NCBI GenBank assembly: GCA_030390025.1
Contig: CM059432.1
Coordinates: 51,586,001-51,650,000 of the forward strand
DNA length: 64,000 nucleotides
Source: Squalus acanthias
Lineage: Eukaryota
Direction: 5' to 3'
In this document: positions 22,464-35,300 of the stretch, piece by piece
Layout: every line of letters begins with the position of its first letter
How positions within the stretch are numbered: the stretch's first letter is position 1
Notes under the pieces: generated by a model
What the model was told of the DNA's origin: nothing
The model's input: the letters and a program-made list of their open reading frames with translations, nothing else
The model's database searches: none
Translations under genes and position numbers: made by a program

Positions 22464-23599
22464 TAATTAGTTGCTGAAGCCCCGGTCTCAGTCAAGGACT
22501 TCAGTGCAACAATCTTTGGGGTTTCTACACCTTTAAATCCCTTGCCAGCTCTTCGGTGCTATAGCGGGGTTCCCACTCCTGCATGCCAGGAGCCCGGCGT
22601 GTATCTCTGATGAGCCCTGGCCTAGGGAAACGTGTCAGGGTTGAAGTGGATTTGGAGGGGAGGGCTGGAAGACTGTCCCAGTGGTGGGAACCCTAGCCAG
22701 CATGTTTTAATATAAAATATTTTAAATACAAAAGTCCCCATCCCATTTATTTCTGTTAAAAATTATTCCTCTAATAGAAGCAAGTTAACGGTCCTATTAC
22801 AATCTTTAGAAAGGTAAACGAGTAATCGTTTAACTTAACAATTTAATTGAGTCCATTTAGCAGCGACCTCAGTTAAGTGTCACAAGTGGAAACATTTTCA
22901 TCGCACGGTCCATCTGCTATTCCTTTACATATTATAGTGACTAATGCAGAAAAATTATGGAAAATCTTTAAGAGCTTACAAGAAAAAGAGTACTTCTCTC
23001 AAACTATTCATTACGGCAGAAATTAGCATGTTGTCATCTTTGTACAAAACTGCAAACCATTTTGCACTGAAAATAATGACTGTAATTGATTATTCATCAC
23101 AAAAGATCCAGATATAATCCCTGATGTCATTCTTGGGGAGTGTCCCCCACCTTGGAGCATGCAGTGCCATGGAATCAGACAGATGGGCCTCAGCACACTC
23201 AGAGCTGAATGCCTTCTTCTGTGACAAGAAAGGTGTTTTTCACTTTTGAAGGACTGGCACTTTAGACAGCACAAAATTATGTAAATGCTTTATAATCGGT
23301 CCCACAATTAACTCCCCGTGCTGTTCTGCAATGCAGCATCTCATTCACTGAGTGTCCATGTAAAATGACGCTGGGAGGCCTAAAAACTGTTCAAACCAGA
23401 ACAGCGATATTTAAAGTCAGCCTGCAAGATTTTTGGGACCTGCATTTTTGACTGCTGTTTTTGACTTCACAATCTGAACTTTGTGCATTTAAGCTAGTAT
23501 ATTTATTTAGCTACTGCTTTTTGCTCATTTTCTGCATTTTGTTACTTCTTTGATGTACACCTCCAACAGCAACATTCTTACTGCAACCAATTCCCGGCA

Positions 23600-23910
23600 C
23601 CTGAGGTATCCAGACCCCACCCTTAGCTGGCCCAGAGGTTATGTGATACAACCCAGGCACTATTACTTGGGCATGTCAGAAGGTGTCTGCCTTCACTGTC
23701 TATGATTCAAAAGACAAAGTCACTGAGTTGTGCCAACTATTGGAACATGACTTAAAGACTACGTCCAAGAGAGGGATAGCCCTGTCCGTTGTGGTCAAAG
23801 ACACCACTCCCTTGAACCTTCATGCTGCCAACTCATTTCAAGTGGTGAGATTTTCCTGATCAATCAGAAGCCTGTACAACACTGCTTCAAGTAAGTCACT
23901 GAAGCCAGGG
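23600..23910 (+). pseudogene. Old Harbinger transposase N-terminal remnant
   Basis: Manual translation YLGMSEGVCL...VTELCQLLEHDL...ALSVVVKDT..LNLHAANSFQ...VTEA parallels the N-terminus of 10092-11206. Confidence 0.65.
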
Positions 23911-24973
23911 ACAACACATTTGTCACTTTCCCAATAGAAAAGAGGGAACAACTGGAGAGGATCCAGCTCTTCCACCTGGCAGCTGCTGTCCCTGACGTGC
24001 TTTCTGAGAGCGACTGATAATCATACAAACCCTTTTTGTTGTCCCCTTTGCTAACAGACACTAATTTATAGTGCACACGTTTCATTGGTGATCAAGCAAA
24101 TACATTTGACATGAGCATATATCTTGAATACGTAGAACTGTTTTTGTATACAAGTTCCTAATAAGATAATTTTAGATTTTTCTCTGTTGTATGTTGTATT
24201 ATTTGTACATTAGCAATGTCACCCAGATTATACACTTTCACTAATACACCTAGCAATTCTTGAATTTAAAATATATTAGGACATCAATTTAAGTAGATTG
24301 TAATTTCATTATTGTTGTCAATAGTTCCATATTTCTATTGCACATTGTGTAATTATGTAAATGATTATCTGAAATGAGTTTTCCTGCAGGGTGCTGCATA
24401 TTAATGATTGAAATGAATGAATTTCTGAAATTGTACACTTGTCTTGGTCAACAGTAATACATACATACATATGAACATACAAACATACGTTTGGGCAGGG
24501 AAAGACCATCTGTTTCACCAAGCCTGCCCCACCCCTATAATGCCTGAAACCTGATTAAACACCCTCTACCCACCAGCCTGATTAACCGCCACTCCCAACC
24601 CACCAGCAGTCATGCAATCATCTGGTGAGGCAAAAAAATCAGGCAAAAACCCAAAGCCAATTAGCAGAAAATAAATCTGGAAAATTCCTCTCCGATCCTT
24701 TAAGCAATCAAAACTAATCAGGTGACCACACTGACCATGCTTAAATTACCTGGCATTTCACATACGTGACGTGATGTCCACACAGCCAGAAACTGGTTTA
24801 GCTCTCTTTTGAAGGTATGCAAAAGTCAGCATTCACCACACAAGATGGCAACTTGTTCCATAGGTCTACAATCCTTTGGGAAAAGAACCACCTAACATCT
24901 AACCTACCCCTATCCTTGCATAACTTATACACATGACCCCTCGTCTTCCCCAAATTGAAATAATCTCTATATA

Positions 24974-25830
24974 TGAAGCAGTCCATGTCTGCATGCAACA
25001 AGACCTGGACAACGTTCAGGCTTGGGCTGATAAGTGGCAGATAACATTCGCGCCACACAAGTGCCAGGCAATGATTATCTCCAACAAGCGAGAGTCTAAC
25101 CACCGCCCCTTGACATTCAACGGCATTACCATCGCCAAATCCCCCACCATCAACATCCTGGGGGTCACCATTGACCAGAAACTTAACTGGACCAGCCACA
25201 TAAATACTGTGGCAACAAGAGCAGGTCAGAGGCTGGGTATTCTGCGGCGAGTGTCTCATCTCCTGACTCCCCAAAGCCTTTCCACCATCTACAAGGCACA
25301 AGTAAGGAGTGTGATGGAATACTCTCCACTTGCCTGGATGAGTGCAGCTCCAACAACACTCAAGAAGCTCGACACCATCCAGGACAAAGCAGCCCGCTTG
25401 ATTGGCACCCCATCCACCACCTTAAACATTCACTCCCTCCACCACAGGCGTACCGTGGCTGCAGTGTGTACCATCTACAAGATGCACTGCAGCAACTTGC
25501 CAAGGCTTCTTCAGCAGCACCTCCCAAACCCGCGACCTCTTCCACCTAGAAGGACAAGGGCAGAAGGTGCATGGGAACACCACCACCTCCAAGTTCCCCT
25601 CCAAGTCACACATCATCCTGACTTAGAAGTATATTACCGATCCTTCATAGTTGCTGGGTCAAAATCCTGGAACTCCCTCCCTAACAGCACTGTGGGAGTA
25701 CCTTCACCACACGGACTGCAGCGGTTCAAGAAGGTGGCTCACCACCACCTTCTCAAGGGCAATTAGGGATGGGCAATAAATGCTGGCCTTGCCAGCGACG
25801 CCCACATCCCATAAACAAATTAAAAAAAAA
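24974..25830 (+). mobile_element. CR1/L2-group poly(A)-tailed LINE, 5'-truncated (RT C-terminal region)
   Basis: ORF 24933-25766 (QQDLDNVQAWADKWQITFAPHKC...YKAQVRSVMEY); A-tail at 25822-25830. Confidence 0.92.
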
Positions 25831-27277
25831 TAGGAACACAATCTAGCCCTTTAACTATTTTATATACCTCTATCAAATCTCCCCAAAGTCTGCACATCTC
25901 TAAAGTGAATAGACCTAGCTATTTAAGCCCATCTGAGTAGTTCAGGTTGTTTAAGCTGGGAATCAATCTTGTGGCCCTCCTCTGAAACTTTTCCAAAGTC
26001 TCTGTATCACCAACCTTTTGAGGGGACCAAAACTGGACACAGTATATTAAATGTGGTCTAATCAAGGTCTTGTAAAAGGAAAAAAGGTGTGCTATGTTTT
26101 ATATTAAATAGTCTTGCTAATACAACCTAATACCTTATTTGCTTTAGCTATGGCTTCTCAGCATTGACCATGAATGTTTAGAGAATTATGAACTATAATG
26201 CCAAGATCCTTTTCCCTCTCAACCAAAATGCATAATGCTTCACTTATCCAGGTTTCTGATGTCAGTTTTGGCTGAGTTGGTAGCACTCTTGCCTCTGACT
26301 CAGTTGGTAGCATTTTTGTATCTGAGTCTGGGAGTGCTACACTGTCGGAGGTGCAGTCTTTCGGATGAGATGTTAAACCGTCAGCCCTTTCAGGTTAAAG
26401 AACATAAGAACATAAGAAACAGGAGCCAATCGGCCCCTCGAGCCTGCTCCGCCATTCAATAAGATCATGGCTGATCCAATCTTGTCCTCAACACCACTTT
26501 CCCGCTGTCTCCCCATACCCCTTGACTCCCTTGTAGTTCAAATGTCTGTCAATCTCCGCCTTGAATATATTCAGTGTACCCGCCTTCACAGCTCTCCGGG
26601 GTAGAGAAATCCAAAGATTCACGACCCTCTGAGAGAAGAAATTCCTTCTCATCTCCGTCTTAAATGGGCGACCCCTTATTCTGAAACTATGCCCCCTAGT
26701 TCTAGATACCCCCACGAGGGGAAACATCCTCTCAGCATCCACCCTGTCAATCCCTCTCAGAATCTTATATGTTTCAATAAGATCACCTCTCATTCTTCTA
26801 AACTCCAATGAGTATAGGCCCAACCTGCTCAACCTTTCGTCATACGTCAACCCCTTCATCCCAGGAATCAACCTAGTGAACCTTCTCTGTACTGCCTCCA
26901 ATGCAAATATATCCTTCCTTAAATATGGAGACCACAACTGTACGCAGTACTCCAGGTGCGGTCTCACCAGCGCCCTGTAAAGTTGCTTCAAAACTTCCTT
27001 ACTTTTATACTCCATACCCCTTGCAATAAAGGCCAACATTCCATCAGCCTTCCTAATTACTTGCTGTACCTGTATGTTAACTTTTTGTGTTTCATGTACT
27101 AGGACCCCCAGATCCCTCTGGACCACAGCATTTTGTAGTCTCACTCCATTTAAATAATAATTTGCTTTTTCATTCTTCCTTCCAAAGTGGATAACCTCAC
27201 ATTTTCCCACATTGTACTCCATCTGCCAAATTTTTGCCCACTCACTTAACCTATCTATATCCCTTTGCAGACTCTTT

Positions 27278-30200
27278 GGGCTGGATTTTCATAGGGCCGT
27301 TGAGGCGGGAATGGAGGCGTGTGGGGGGGGTTAAAATTGGAGAAAATTGCGGGCGGGCCCGATCCCGCACCCATCCCGCCTCCGCCGATTTTCCCAGGTG
27401 CGCGTTTTCAGATCCAGTTCCCGACCTGCCTCCAAGAGGCGGGATAGGCCCTTAAGGCCATTGACAAGCTCCTAATTGGCTCCATAATGCCATTTTCAGA
27501 GGCTTTTCGGATTTTTACCGGTTTTCCACATGATGCACGCCTCCTCTGAAACACGACGATGAAACCTGGCGGGTACACATTTGGCTTGCTGGCTTTCAGC
27601 TGCAGCTCCACCATTAAAGAGTAGTTTGGAGCAATCATCATTTGCAGGTGGCAGAACTTAGTTGTTTCAGGTCTGGGGAAACTTTAGCAGGCCTACTCAT
27701 TGTTGTGGAAGTTTGGAGTTTGACACCCCTCTCCAGTGTGAGCTCCTCGAAAACCCCTCACTCCACCCTGACTCAGCGCTTCCTCAACTGAGGCATCTAC
27801 CAGAAGAATGGGAACCATTCGGTTCCTTTCCCCCTGGACATCAGATGAGGACGAGGAGGAGGAGGAGGAGAGAGAAAACGAACATCTGGCAGAGGCGCAT
27901 CAACCAGCGGCGGCAATACGCGAGACCATTGCTGGCCGGGACGCAAGGAACGCACTCATCTTGGCCAGATTTGCCTAGCCTAGCCAAGCAACCACTTGTG
28001 CCTCGCAGCTTCTTGCCACAGCATCGTTAATGGCCAGGACCCATCGTCTTCCTAGCACTCTGACCATCATTCTGACAACTGCTACTCCTCCTAAGCCCGC
28101 AATGTGGAAGTCCCAATAGCGAGATGACACAGGCCACAACTGCAGCAGTAGCCATCAGATTTTTTATTTACAGGAAGCTACTGATGGCTTATCACAATTA
28201 AACATAACATTTCACCCAAGTGACAAACTTTGTGACCATTTGTGCAGTTTCTTTCTCTTACGCGTGCTTCTACGTGGTGGTTCCCCTTGGCATCAGCAGA
28301 TGTGGAGGCCCCTTGCTCACTTTGTTGCTGCTCCTGTCTCGACACCCTGGGCGGGCGTCCTCTGGGGTGCCGAGCCTGTGAGGGCTCGCCAACAGTCTGC
28401 TGCTCCTGCGGCTGTGCAGGGGTTGAGACGCCGATCTCAGTTGGGTGTGGACTCTGGTGGGGCTCTGACCGAGGACTTGTCAGTGGCATGGAAGTGTGAG
28501 CGCTTGGAGAGGAGCCCCCACTTCCTTGTTCTCTGCCACCATCATTCCTCTCATGGGTCAGGCTCACCTCAGCGCTTGCAAGTGGCTTGAGAGCACCTTG
28601 CTGCACATCAGGGGGGCCATGGGGACCCGTATCTGCACTGGCAGTCCTACTCAGAAGGACTTCCATGAAGGTCTGGTTTCTCTGTTCAATAGATGTCCAT
28701 CACTCCTCCAGAGATGTCATTCTATTCAGAACACTCACCATGTTTTCTGCACTCTGGCGACTTATCACCTCCATGGAGGTTGCCATCCTTTCCATGGTGA
28801 TGCGTCCATGTGCCAATGACTCCACAAAGGCTCTGCTCATGTTCGCAATGGACTCCTCCATTCGCTCCACACTCGCAGCGACCCTGGAGACAAAACCTGC
28901 CAGAGACTCCTGCATCTGTTCCTGGAGTTCCAGCACCGCTGATCTTGTGGATGGACCCAGAGGCATAGGGTCGACATGCAGCTGAGCCGAGCTGGGAGAG
29001 TCCTGCGCCCTCCGACGAGGACTCTCCACTGCTTTCCCTGTCTCCACCATCTGCTGAGGCTCACTTGTGAGCTGTGATATACCAGGTGACAACACTACTC
29101 TATCTCGTGAGGGTCCCACCGAGGTGTGAGTCTCTGCGCTGGTGCTGGCCTGGCTGAATTGTGCTGACGCTGTGCCCTCAGAGGTTTCAGCTTCCTCTGA
29201 GGAGTCTTGAGCCTCAGGCTGTTCCTCCTGGATGGTGGGGACGGGTGTTTGCGATGGTCCTGTGGGGAAGTAAAAGAAAAAGTCAGAGATGTGAGGCCAA
29301 GGTGACATGCACAGTGCATATTGCAGATGATCATAAGTCCAACTGTTAGAGCTTCAGAATCATTATCAGCGACTCATGCAATGTCAATGAGAGAGATGAA
29401 CAACTATTCTGTCACCGGCTTGCTCTGCTGCGCCCATCTGCCCGTCCCCCACTTGCGCATCATCATCGAGTCCCACGATCTCCAGGGCTGCCTCCTCCCA
29501 GGTGGTGAGCTGGGCTACTGAGGGTGGCCCTCCTCCTGTCCTTGCTCTTTCGCGCTTATTGTGAGCTCTCTTTTCCTGCAATGAGGGAGACAAGTGGAGT
29601 TTGAGTGAGAATGAAGGAGAGAGTTTATAGAATCCATCTCATAGATGCTTATAAGGAGGCAAAGATGGAGTGAAGTGGCAAGACCAAGGGCCCATCCTGT
29701 GTGTTGTAAGTTGTTTGCATAGCATGACAGTGATAGGGAGTGTGAGGTCTGCATAGTGGAATAGTTAGGTGAATGTGACCATAGAGAGAGAGGGAATGGG
29801 TAAGGGTGCAGGGATGTCAGTGTCAAGTGGGATGTGGAGAAAGAGGTTGCTAAAGCTGAGTGCTGGTGAGGAGAGGCAAAGGGCATCAGATTGAGGGTGA
29901 TGGGAAAGTCATACTCACTTTTCCAGTGCGCACAAGGTCATGAAATCTTTTGCGGCTTTGAATCCAAGATCTGTTGATCAAGGATAGAGAAGTCACCTCC
30001 TGGGCCACCTGGAGCCACACAGCCTTTGTTTGCTGAGGAGGCTTCTTTCTCCCTGAAGAAGGGAAGAGCACCTCCTTATGATCTCTTGCTCCATCTATCA
30101 GGGCTTGCAGGGCGGCATCCTCGAATCTTGGAGCAGACTTGGGTTTGTTGGTACACATGATGCCTCCAGGTCAATGTAGGAACAAAGGCCAGAAGGTTGG

Positions 30201-30438
30201 CAGTCTGCAAAGGAAGCAAGGCCTCTTGCAGACCTTAAAAGCAGCAGCAATGATGACGTCATCAGAGGTGACTTTCAGACTGGAAAAGCTAATTGGGCCA
30301 GGGGTTCCCACACACCGGAACTCAATTGCCCAATCAGGGAAAAATCGCGTTTGTTACACACATCTCATGAGAGTCGTGTGGGTAACACGGAATTCGGATA
30401 ACACGACCCCAACCCACCCCAGTATCAAAATCCAGCCC
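27278..30438. mobile_element. Harbinger element retaining a spliced Myb/SANT gene, transposase internally deleted
   Basis: Perfect 12-bp TIR GGGCTGGATTTT / AAAATCCAGCCC, TSD TTT; transposase reduced to 27808-27978 (acidic run + RDARNALILARFA*). Confidence 0.94.
28178..30158 (-). pseudogene. Three-exon Harbinger Myb/SANT-like DNA-binding protein gene (exons 30158-29919, 29575-29416, 29259-about 28200)
   Basis: Exon 1 KSAPRFEDAALQALI...W...SRKRFHDL with GTGAGT donor; exon 2 EKRAHNKRERARTGGG; phases 0 and 1 splice in frame; one in-frame TGA at 28702-28700 and a frameshift before RRSTRKRKK. Confidence 0.88.
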
Positions 30439-31509
30439 TTTGTGTCCTCCTCACAACTTGCTAACCCTTTGTATCGTCAGCAAATTTGGCTACAGTACAC
30501 TCGGTCCCTTCATCCAAGTCATTAATATAGATTGTAAATAGTTGAGGCCCCAGCACTGATCCCTGTGGCACCCCACTAGTTAATGGTTGCCAACCGGAAA
30601 ATGACCCATTTATCTGACCCTCTGTTTTCTGTTAGTTAGCCAATCCCCTATCCATGCCAAAATATTACCCCCAAATATGCCAAATATTAAAGATCTCATG
30701 GTACTCTTCGAAGAAGAGCAGGGGAGTTCTCCCCGGTATCCTGGCCAATATTTGTCCCTCAACCAACATCAAAACAGAATATTTGGTCATTGCGGTTTGT
30801 GGGACTTTGCTGGGTGCAAATTGGCTGCCGCGTTTCCTACATTACAACAGTGACTATACTTCAAAAAGTAGTTCATTGGCTGTAAAGCACTTTGTGATGT
30901 CCTGAGGTTGTGAAAGGCGCTATATAAATGCAAGTCTTTCTTTTTTTTTCTTTTTTAGATAACATTTGCCAAAGTTTGGCCCATTCTCCAAGTACAACTA
31001 AATCTGCTTGCAGAAATTTATTCTCATCCACAGTCCTAATATTTGTACAAATTTTTGAATTATCCGTCAACTTGTAGACCATTCCCCCAACATCTATATC
31101 TAGGTCATTTAAAAGATAGTGAAAAGGAATGACCCAATTTAATTTATTCTTAATCCATTGTAGCAACTTTCTACTGATCCCACAAGATTCTGTCTTGCAG
31201 AGAAACCTATTGTGAGGTACCTTATCAAAGGCTTTCTGAAAATCCATGTAGACATTGACCCGGAATTTGCGGTCAACGGTGAAGCAGAGGCATTCGCCGC
31301 TGACCCCGATGTAAGCTTCGCACAAAGATCTCGCGATCTCTGTGTCGAGAAGTTCGGGTTTTCTGACGTGTAATTCAAATCAACAGAGTATAGTGGGGAT
31401 CCCCTAGTGCGAGCTGCTGTGATGTCAACAAGCTTTCTAAGCAGCCACTCACAATGCAGAATTCTCAATGACAGCAGACAAGGAAGTGAGTCATCTCTTA
31501 AAATTCTAT

Positions 31510-32395
31510 GGGGGAAAATTCAGTATCGCCCCGTTTGGGGCGCAATTATCAGCTGTGCGCAAGGTTTAGCGCTTGGCGCTAATTATCGCCTCCGACTGCA
31601 AACTTGGCTTTTATCGCCCCTGGAGGTGATTGGAGCGCTAAATCAGGCGCTACACACCTGTCTTAAGGCGCAAAGGCCGAGGAGCGAGGCGCTACCTCAG
31701 AGCGCTGGCGAAGCTCATGTGATGTCAGTCAGCAATGGAACACAGACACAATGGCGCCAGCCAGTTCTTAAAGGGGAGGGTTGATCTTGCTCTCCATCCA
31801 CATCCTGCTCATTGCAGCCTTGAATCTCGGCCTGGAGAGACCTGTACATCAAATCTGCTGGAAAGAACAATGGAGAGTACCAGGGAAAGAGCTCAGAGTG
31901 CAGCCCCCACAGTCTCTTCTAAATAGATGCAAGGAAGGGCAAATCAAAATGAACCTGCAAAGTGCTGCTCAGTACCCAAAACTCCTTCACACAGCGTTGA
32001 ATCTCTCCAGAAGTCTCTCTCTCTCTCTCTCTCTCAGAATGCGTGGTGCAAAAATGTCACCAACAAAAAAGGGCAGGAAGCGTTCGCCTTTAAATAGCGC
32101 TCCCCCAGTCCCTTCCTGACTGCAAAACGCTCCCCTCAACCTGTCGTTGCTAGCGGCAGGCGGTAAGGCAGGGGGCGCCACTCAATATCCGCTCCAGGGC
32201 GTTGCACACTCGACTGACGTCACGATCTGCCGGCGCAGGAAATCGTGGCGGTAGTGTTTAGTGCTGCCGCAAAATGTCTGGTCAATTTCGCGAGAGGCGC
32301 AGATATCGCCGCGCCCGGGCGCTAGTTGCTTTGCGCCCCATTAACGCCCTCTTAAGGCGCTAACAGGAGGCGCAAACCAACTGAATTTTTCCCCC
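31510..32395. mobile_element. Harbinger-type MITE (family B, copy 2)
   Basis: GGGGGAAAATTCAGT / ACTGAATTTTTCCCCC; collinear with 3540-4416. Confidence 0.92.
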
Positions 32396-32711
32396 TAACT
32401 TTTTAAAAATGTTAGAGACAGCAAAGCAAAGATTGGGGCTCTCACATGGGGAAAAGGCAAACCTGAAATAAAGATGAACAAACTTTTAAAAAAATATTTT
32501 ATTAAAATGGATAAATTTGACACTGCACAAAATTAAAATTATTTTTTCAGACCCATAACCTTTGTTTAGCAGTCAATATGCTGTTAAAACCCCAGTTACA
32601 CCTAATCACTTTGGGTCTAACCTTTAGTGGGGAATTTAATAATGTAATTATTGCGGAAGAGCCAAAGTTTTCATCAGTTTCCCTGATTTGAGAGATTTCA
32701 TGGATTGCCGG

Positions 32712-32714
<3 letters not shown>

Positions 32715-32742
<28 letters not shown>
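32715..32742. repeat. (TG)14 microsatellite
   Basis: Direct reading. Confidence 0.95.
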
Positions 32743-32746
<4 letters not shown>

Positions 32747-33797
32747 GGGGGTGGGGGTTGGGGGGTTTGGGGTGGTGTGGGGGCACAGTGTAGTCTGTGG
32801 AGGAGCAGTGAAGCAGTGAATGACAGACCGCAACTTCAGGATTTCCACGTTAGGCTGTGCATGCGCTAAATCCTGAAGTTGCGGTCAGTTTCAAAAGCAG
32901 AATGGCAGCAAGCACTACCAGTTTGCCATCATCAGGACCGCAAATTCAGGGCCTAGGTCTACAGGGATACCCTCATCCACTATACCTAGTAAATTCTGTA
33001 CACAACCTTCTTTTCCAGAAGCCATGTTGAGCATCCCTGGTGACTCCTTCTATATCTAGGAAATCATAAAGAGCTTCTCTTTTGATCCCTTCAAGCATCT
33101 TACCTATAACTGACATCAGACTAATGGGTCTATGGTTCCCTGAATTAGCTTTGTCACCCTTTTTGAAAATTGGAACGACATGACCATCCTTTCAATCCAA
33201 GGGAACAATCCTAGACTCCAGTGAGCTGTTAAAGATATGGGTAATGGGCTTGCAAAGTCCATGACTCACCTCTTTAATCACCCTCAGGTGGATGTCATCT
33301 CGACCAGCAGCCCAATCTATTGTAAGGTTCCTTATTTTGTCTAAAATAATACACTCAGTTATTTTAATATTTTCAATTTTCTTATCTACAGTGCAACCTA
33401 TAGCTGGTAGTTGAAAATCATCCACAGGAGTGAAAACTGATGCAAAGTAATTATTTAACATCACTGCCATACCTTGGGAGTCTTTTCAGTCTGTCCTAAG
33501 GTGTCATCCAATGGCCCTATACAAGCTTTAATGGTCATCTGACTCCTAACATAACTAAAAAAGCTTTTGTCATTGCTGCCACAATTGACTACTCTCTTCT
33601 TCTGCATTAATCTTTTGCTTTAGTTTCCCTTAATTGCACATGATATTTTTCTATATTCTCCTGTTAATTGTATTCCTTTACTCTGCAAAAGGACTTTAGT
33701 TTAAGTCTAATTTGTCCTTGCACAGATCTAGTTAGCCATTTTGGTTTTGTTTTGCCACATGCCCTTGGGACATAATGGCACTGTCTTTTGACTGATT

Positions 33798-34627
33798 GGG
33801 GGTAATTTTAACCCCCAAGAACGGGTAGGTTTGGGTCGGGTGAGAAGTTAAAAATTTTAAATTCGATCCCAACCTACCTCAAACCCACCCACTTCTGGTT
33901 TTAACAGAGGCGGTACAGGGGGCAGGTGACCAATTGCTCTCAGGAGGCGGGTCAGTCAGTAATAACTTTTAAGGAGGTTGCCTGCCTCCATTTTTACAGA
34001 ATTTTTATTTGTAACCCATTTCGGCCACCTGGCAGGTAAAAGGAGGCAAGAAGGGCCATAACGTAAGTGCATGTACAGCATTGCTTGTGGGCCAGGAGGA
34101 GCCTCTGTAGCCCCCAGCGATCGTCAATTCCCCCAATTTCCCCCCCCACAATCTCCCCCCATCTCCACGCTCTCCCCCCCTTGCAATCTCTCCCCCCTGC
34201 AACCACCACCTGCCCTCCTGACCACCATCTGCCCCCGACCACCATCTGCCCCCCCAAACCACGATCTCTCCCCCCCGACCATGATCTCTCCCTGACCACC
34301 AACTGCCCCCCCCCACCGACTACAATCTCTCCCTGCTCGACCACGAGACCCACCCCCCCACCATGATCTGCCCCTCACCACGAGTCGCCCCCGAACACGT
34401 TCTTCCCCCAAAATGCGATCTCTCCCACCCTGCTCTCTGCTCCTCGGCTGCGGCCTTATACCGCAGGGTTTCCCGCCCGACAGGCAGCCAGCATGTCAAT
34501 CAGAGAAAAAATAAAAGACGTCCTGCAGTTAATATATTCAGGACGTCTGGGAAATCCATACTTCCGTGTTTCCGTCTATAACTCCTACCCTCACTCCAAA
34601 CGCGCCCCCCCCATAAATATCATGGCC
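33798..34627. mobile_element. Harbinger-type MITE with internal C-rich degenerate tandem repeats
   Basis: TSD ATT on both sides; GGGGGTAATTTTAACC start as at 48871; repeated (C)GATCTCTCCCC-like units at 34120-34430. Confidence 0.75.
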
Positions 34628-34919
34628 ATTGACTGATCAACCTCATGCCTTTCTAAGTATTCATTAATTTCATCCTGTATTGTAATTTAAAATATATAAC
34701 TTCTCGGGAAAGGATAAACATAGAACTGGAAAAATTATGCAAAATATATGAAAAATGTAATATTATGAAGAAGCTTTGTAGTACAACGAAACCATGTGGA
34801 CTAACTTGCTTACCTTTAAGATGATGAGAAACTTATAAATTTCACTTTGTTCTCAACCAGCTATGAATGCAGTTTTTAATTTGGCTTAGTCCATCTGTCT
34901 GAAATTTGATAAGAATGAA

Positions 34920-35300
34920 TAGCATAGTCAAGGAATGGTGGGACCAGTTAGAGACAAAGGTGGCCACCTATGACTTGAGAATGAGGGACTGGTAGAAATG
35001 CTTAATAAATGTTTTGCAGTTTTTAACGGGTCTATGAAAACCTGTACGAGTTCCCGAGGAGGAATAATATTCAAAAGGAAACTGTATTAAAAATGTTATT
35101 GGGACTGAAAATAGAAAAGTCACTGGGCCCGCATGGTTTTAATCCCAGAAATACTAAAGGAGGTTGAAGAGGGGAGGACGAAGGCACTCGCCATAATTCT
35201 CCAATCATTTTTGCAAAGGGAAATTGTGCTTAAGGACAATTGTTGCTACTGTTTAAAGATGGTGAGCAATGGACCAAATAATATTACTGGTTCTCTTTCA
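34920..35300 (+). mobile_element. Degenerate CR1 ORF2 fragment
   Basis: VGPVRDKGGHL, LNKCFA, KSLGP and ILKEV-like decayed blocks. Confidence 0.6.

Larger units (their letters stand above)
26398..30686 (-). mobile_element. Young CR1 3' part, split by Harbinger 27278-30438
   Basis: Open 244-aa ORF 26488-27222; RT continues at 30439-30680 ([11 protein letters not shown]); candidate TSD TTAAAGA at 26395-26401 and 30687-30693. Confidence 0.92.
26259..30957 (+). mobile_element. Deu-domain SINE split by a CR1 (26259-26394 and 30694-30957)
   Basis: Head and Deu start at 26259-26394, remainder resumes AAAGATCTCATGG at about 30690 and ends in a T-rich tail. Confidence 0.85.
31257..32953. mobile_element. 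Harbinger-type MITE (family A) inside the old CR1, hosting MITE B
   Basis: TIR GACCCGGAATTTGCGGTC / GACCGCAAATTCAGGGCC; interrupts the CR1 RT codons VD|VYMDF. Confidence 0.85.
24458..34700 (-). mobile_element. Old CR1 LINE broken into at least 5 pieces by nested insertions
   Basis: Pieces 24458-24970, 25831-26254, 30957-31256, 32954-33797 and 34628-34700 rejoin in RT order (KGLDCVP|YRDYF; WQML|NLDK; VDEGIPVD|VYMDFQKAFDKVPH). Confidence 0.85.

Noticed and set aside
3540..32395. Two about 880-bp direct repeats as LTRs of one large element
   Set aside because: Each copy has its own TIRs, no TG..CA ends or PBS/PPT, and the second is nested in another MITE
33994..34430. Gly/Pro-rich ORFs or a CRISPR-like array
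   Set aside because: Low-complexity degenerate C-rich repeats within a MITE; no constant repeat with unique spacers; eukaryotic context
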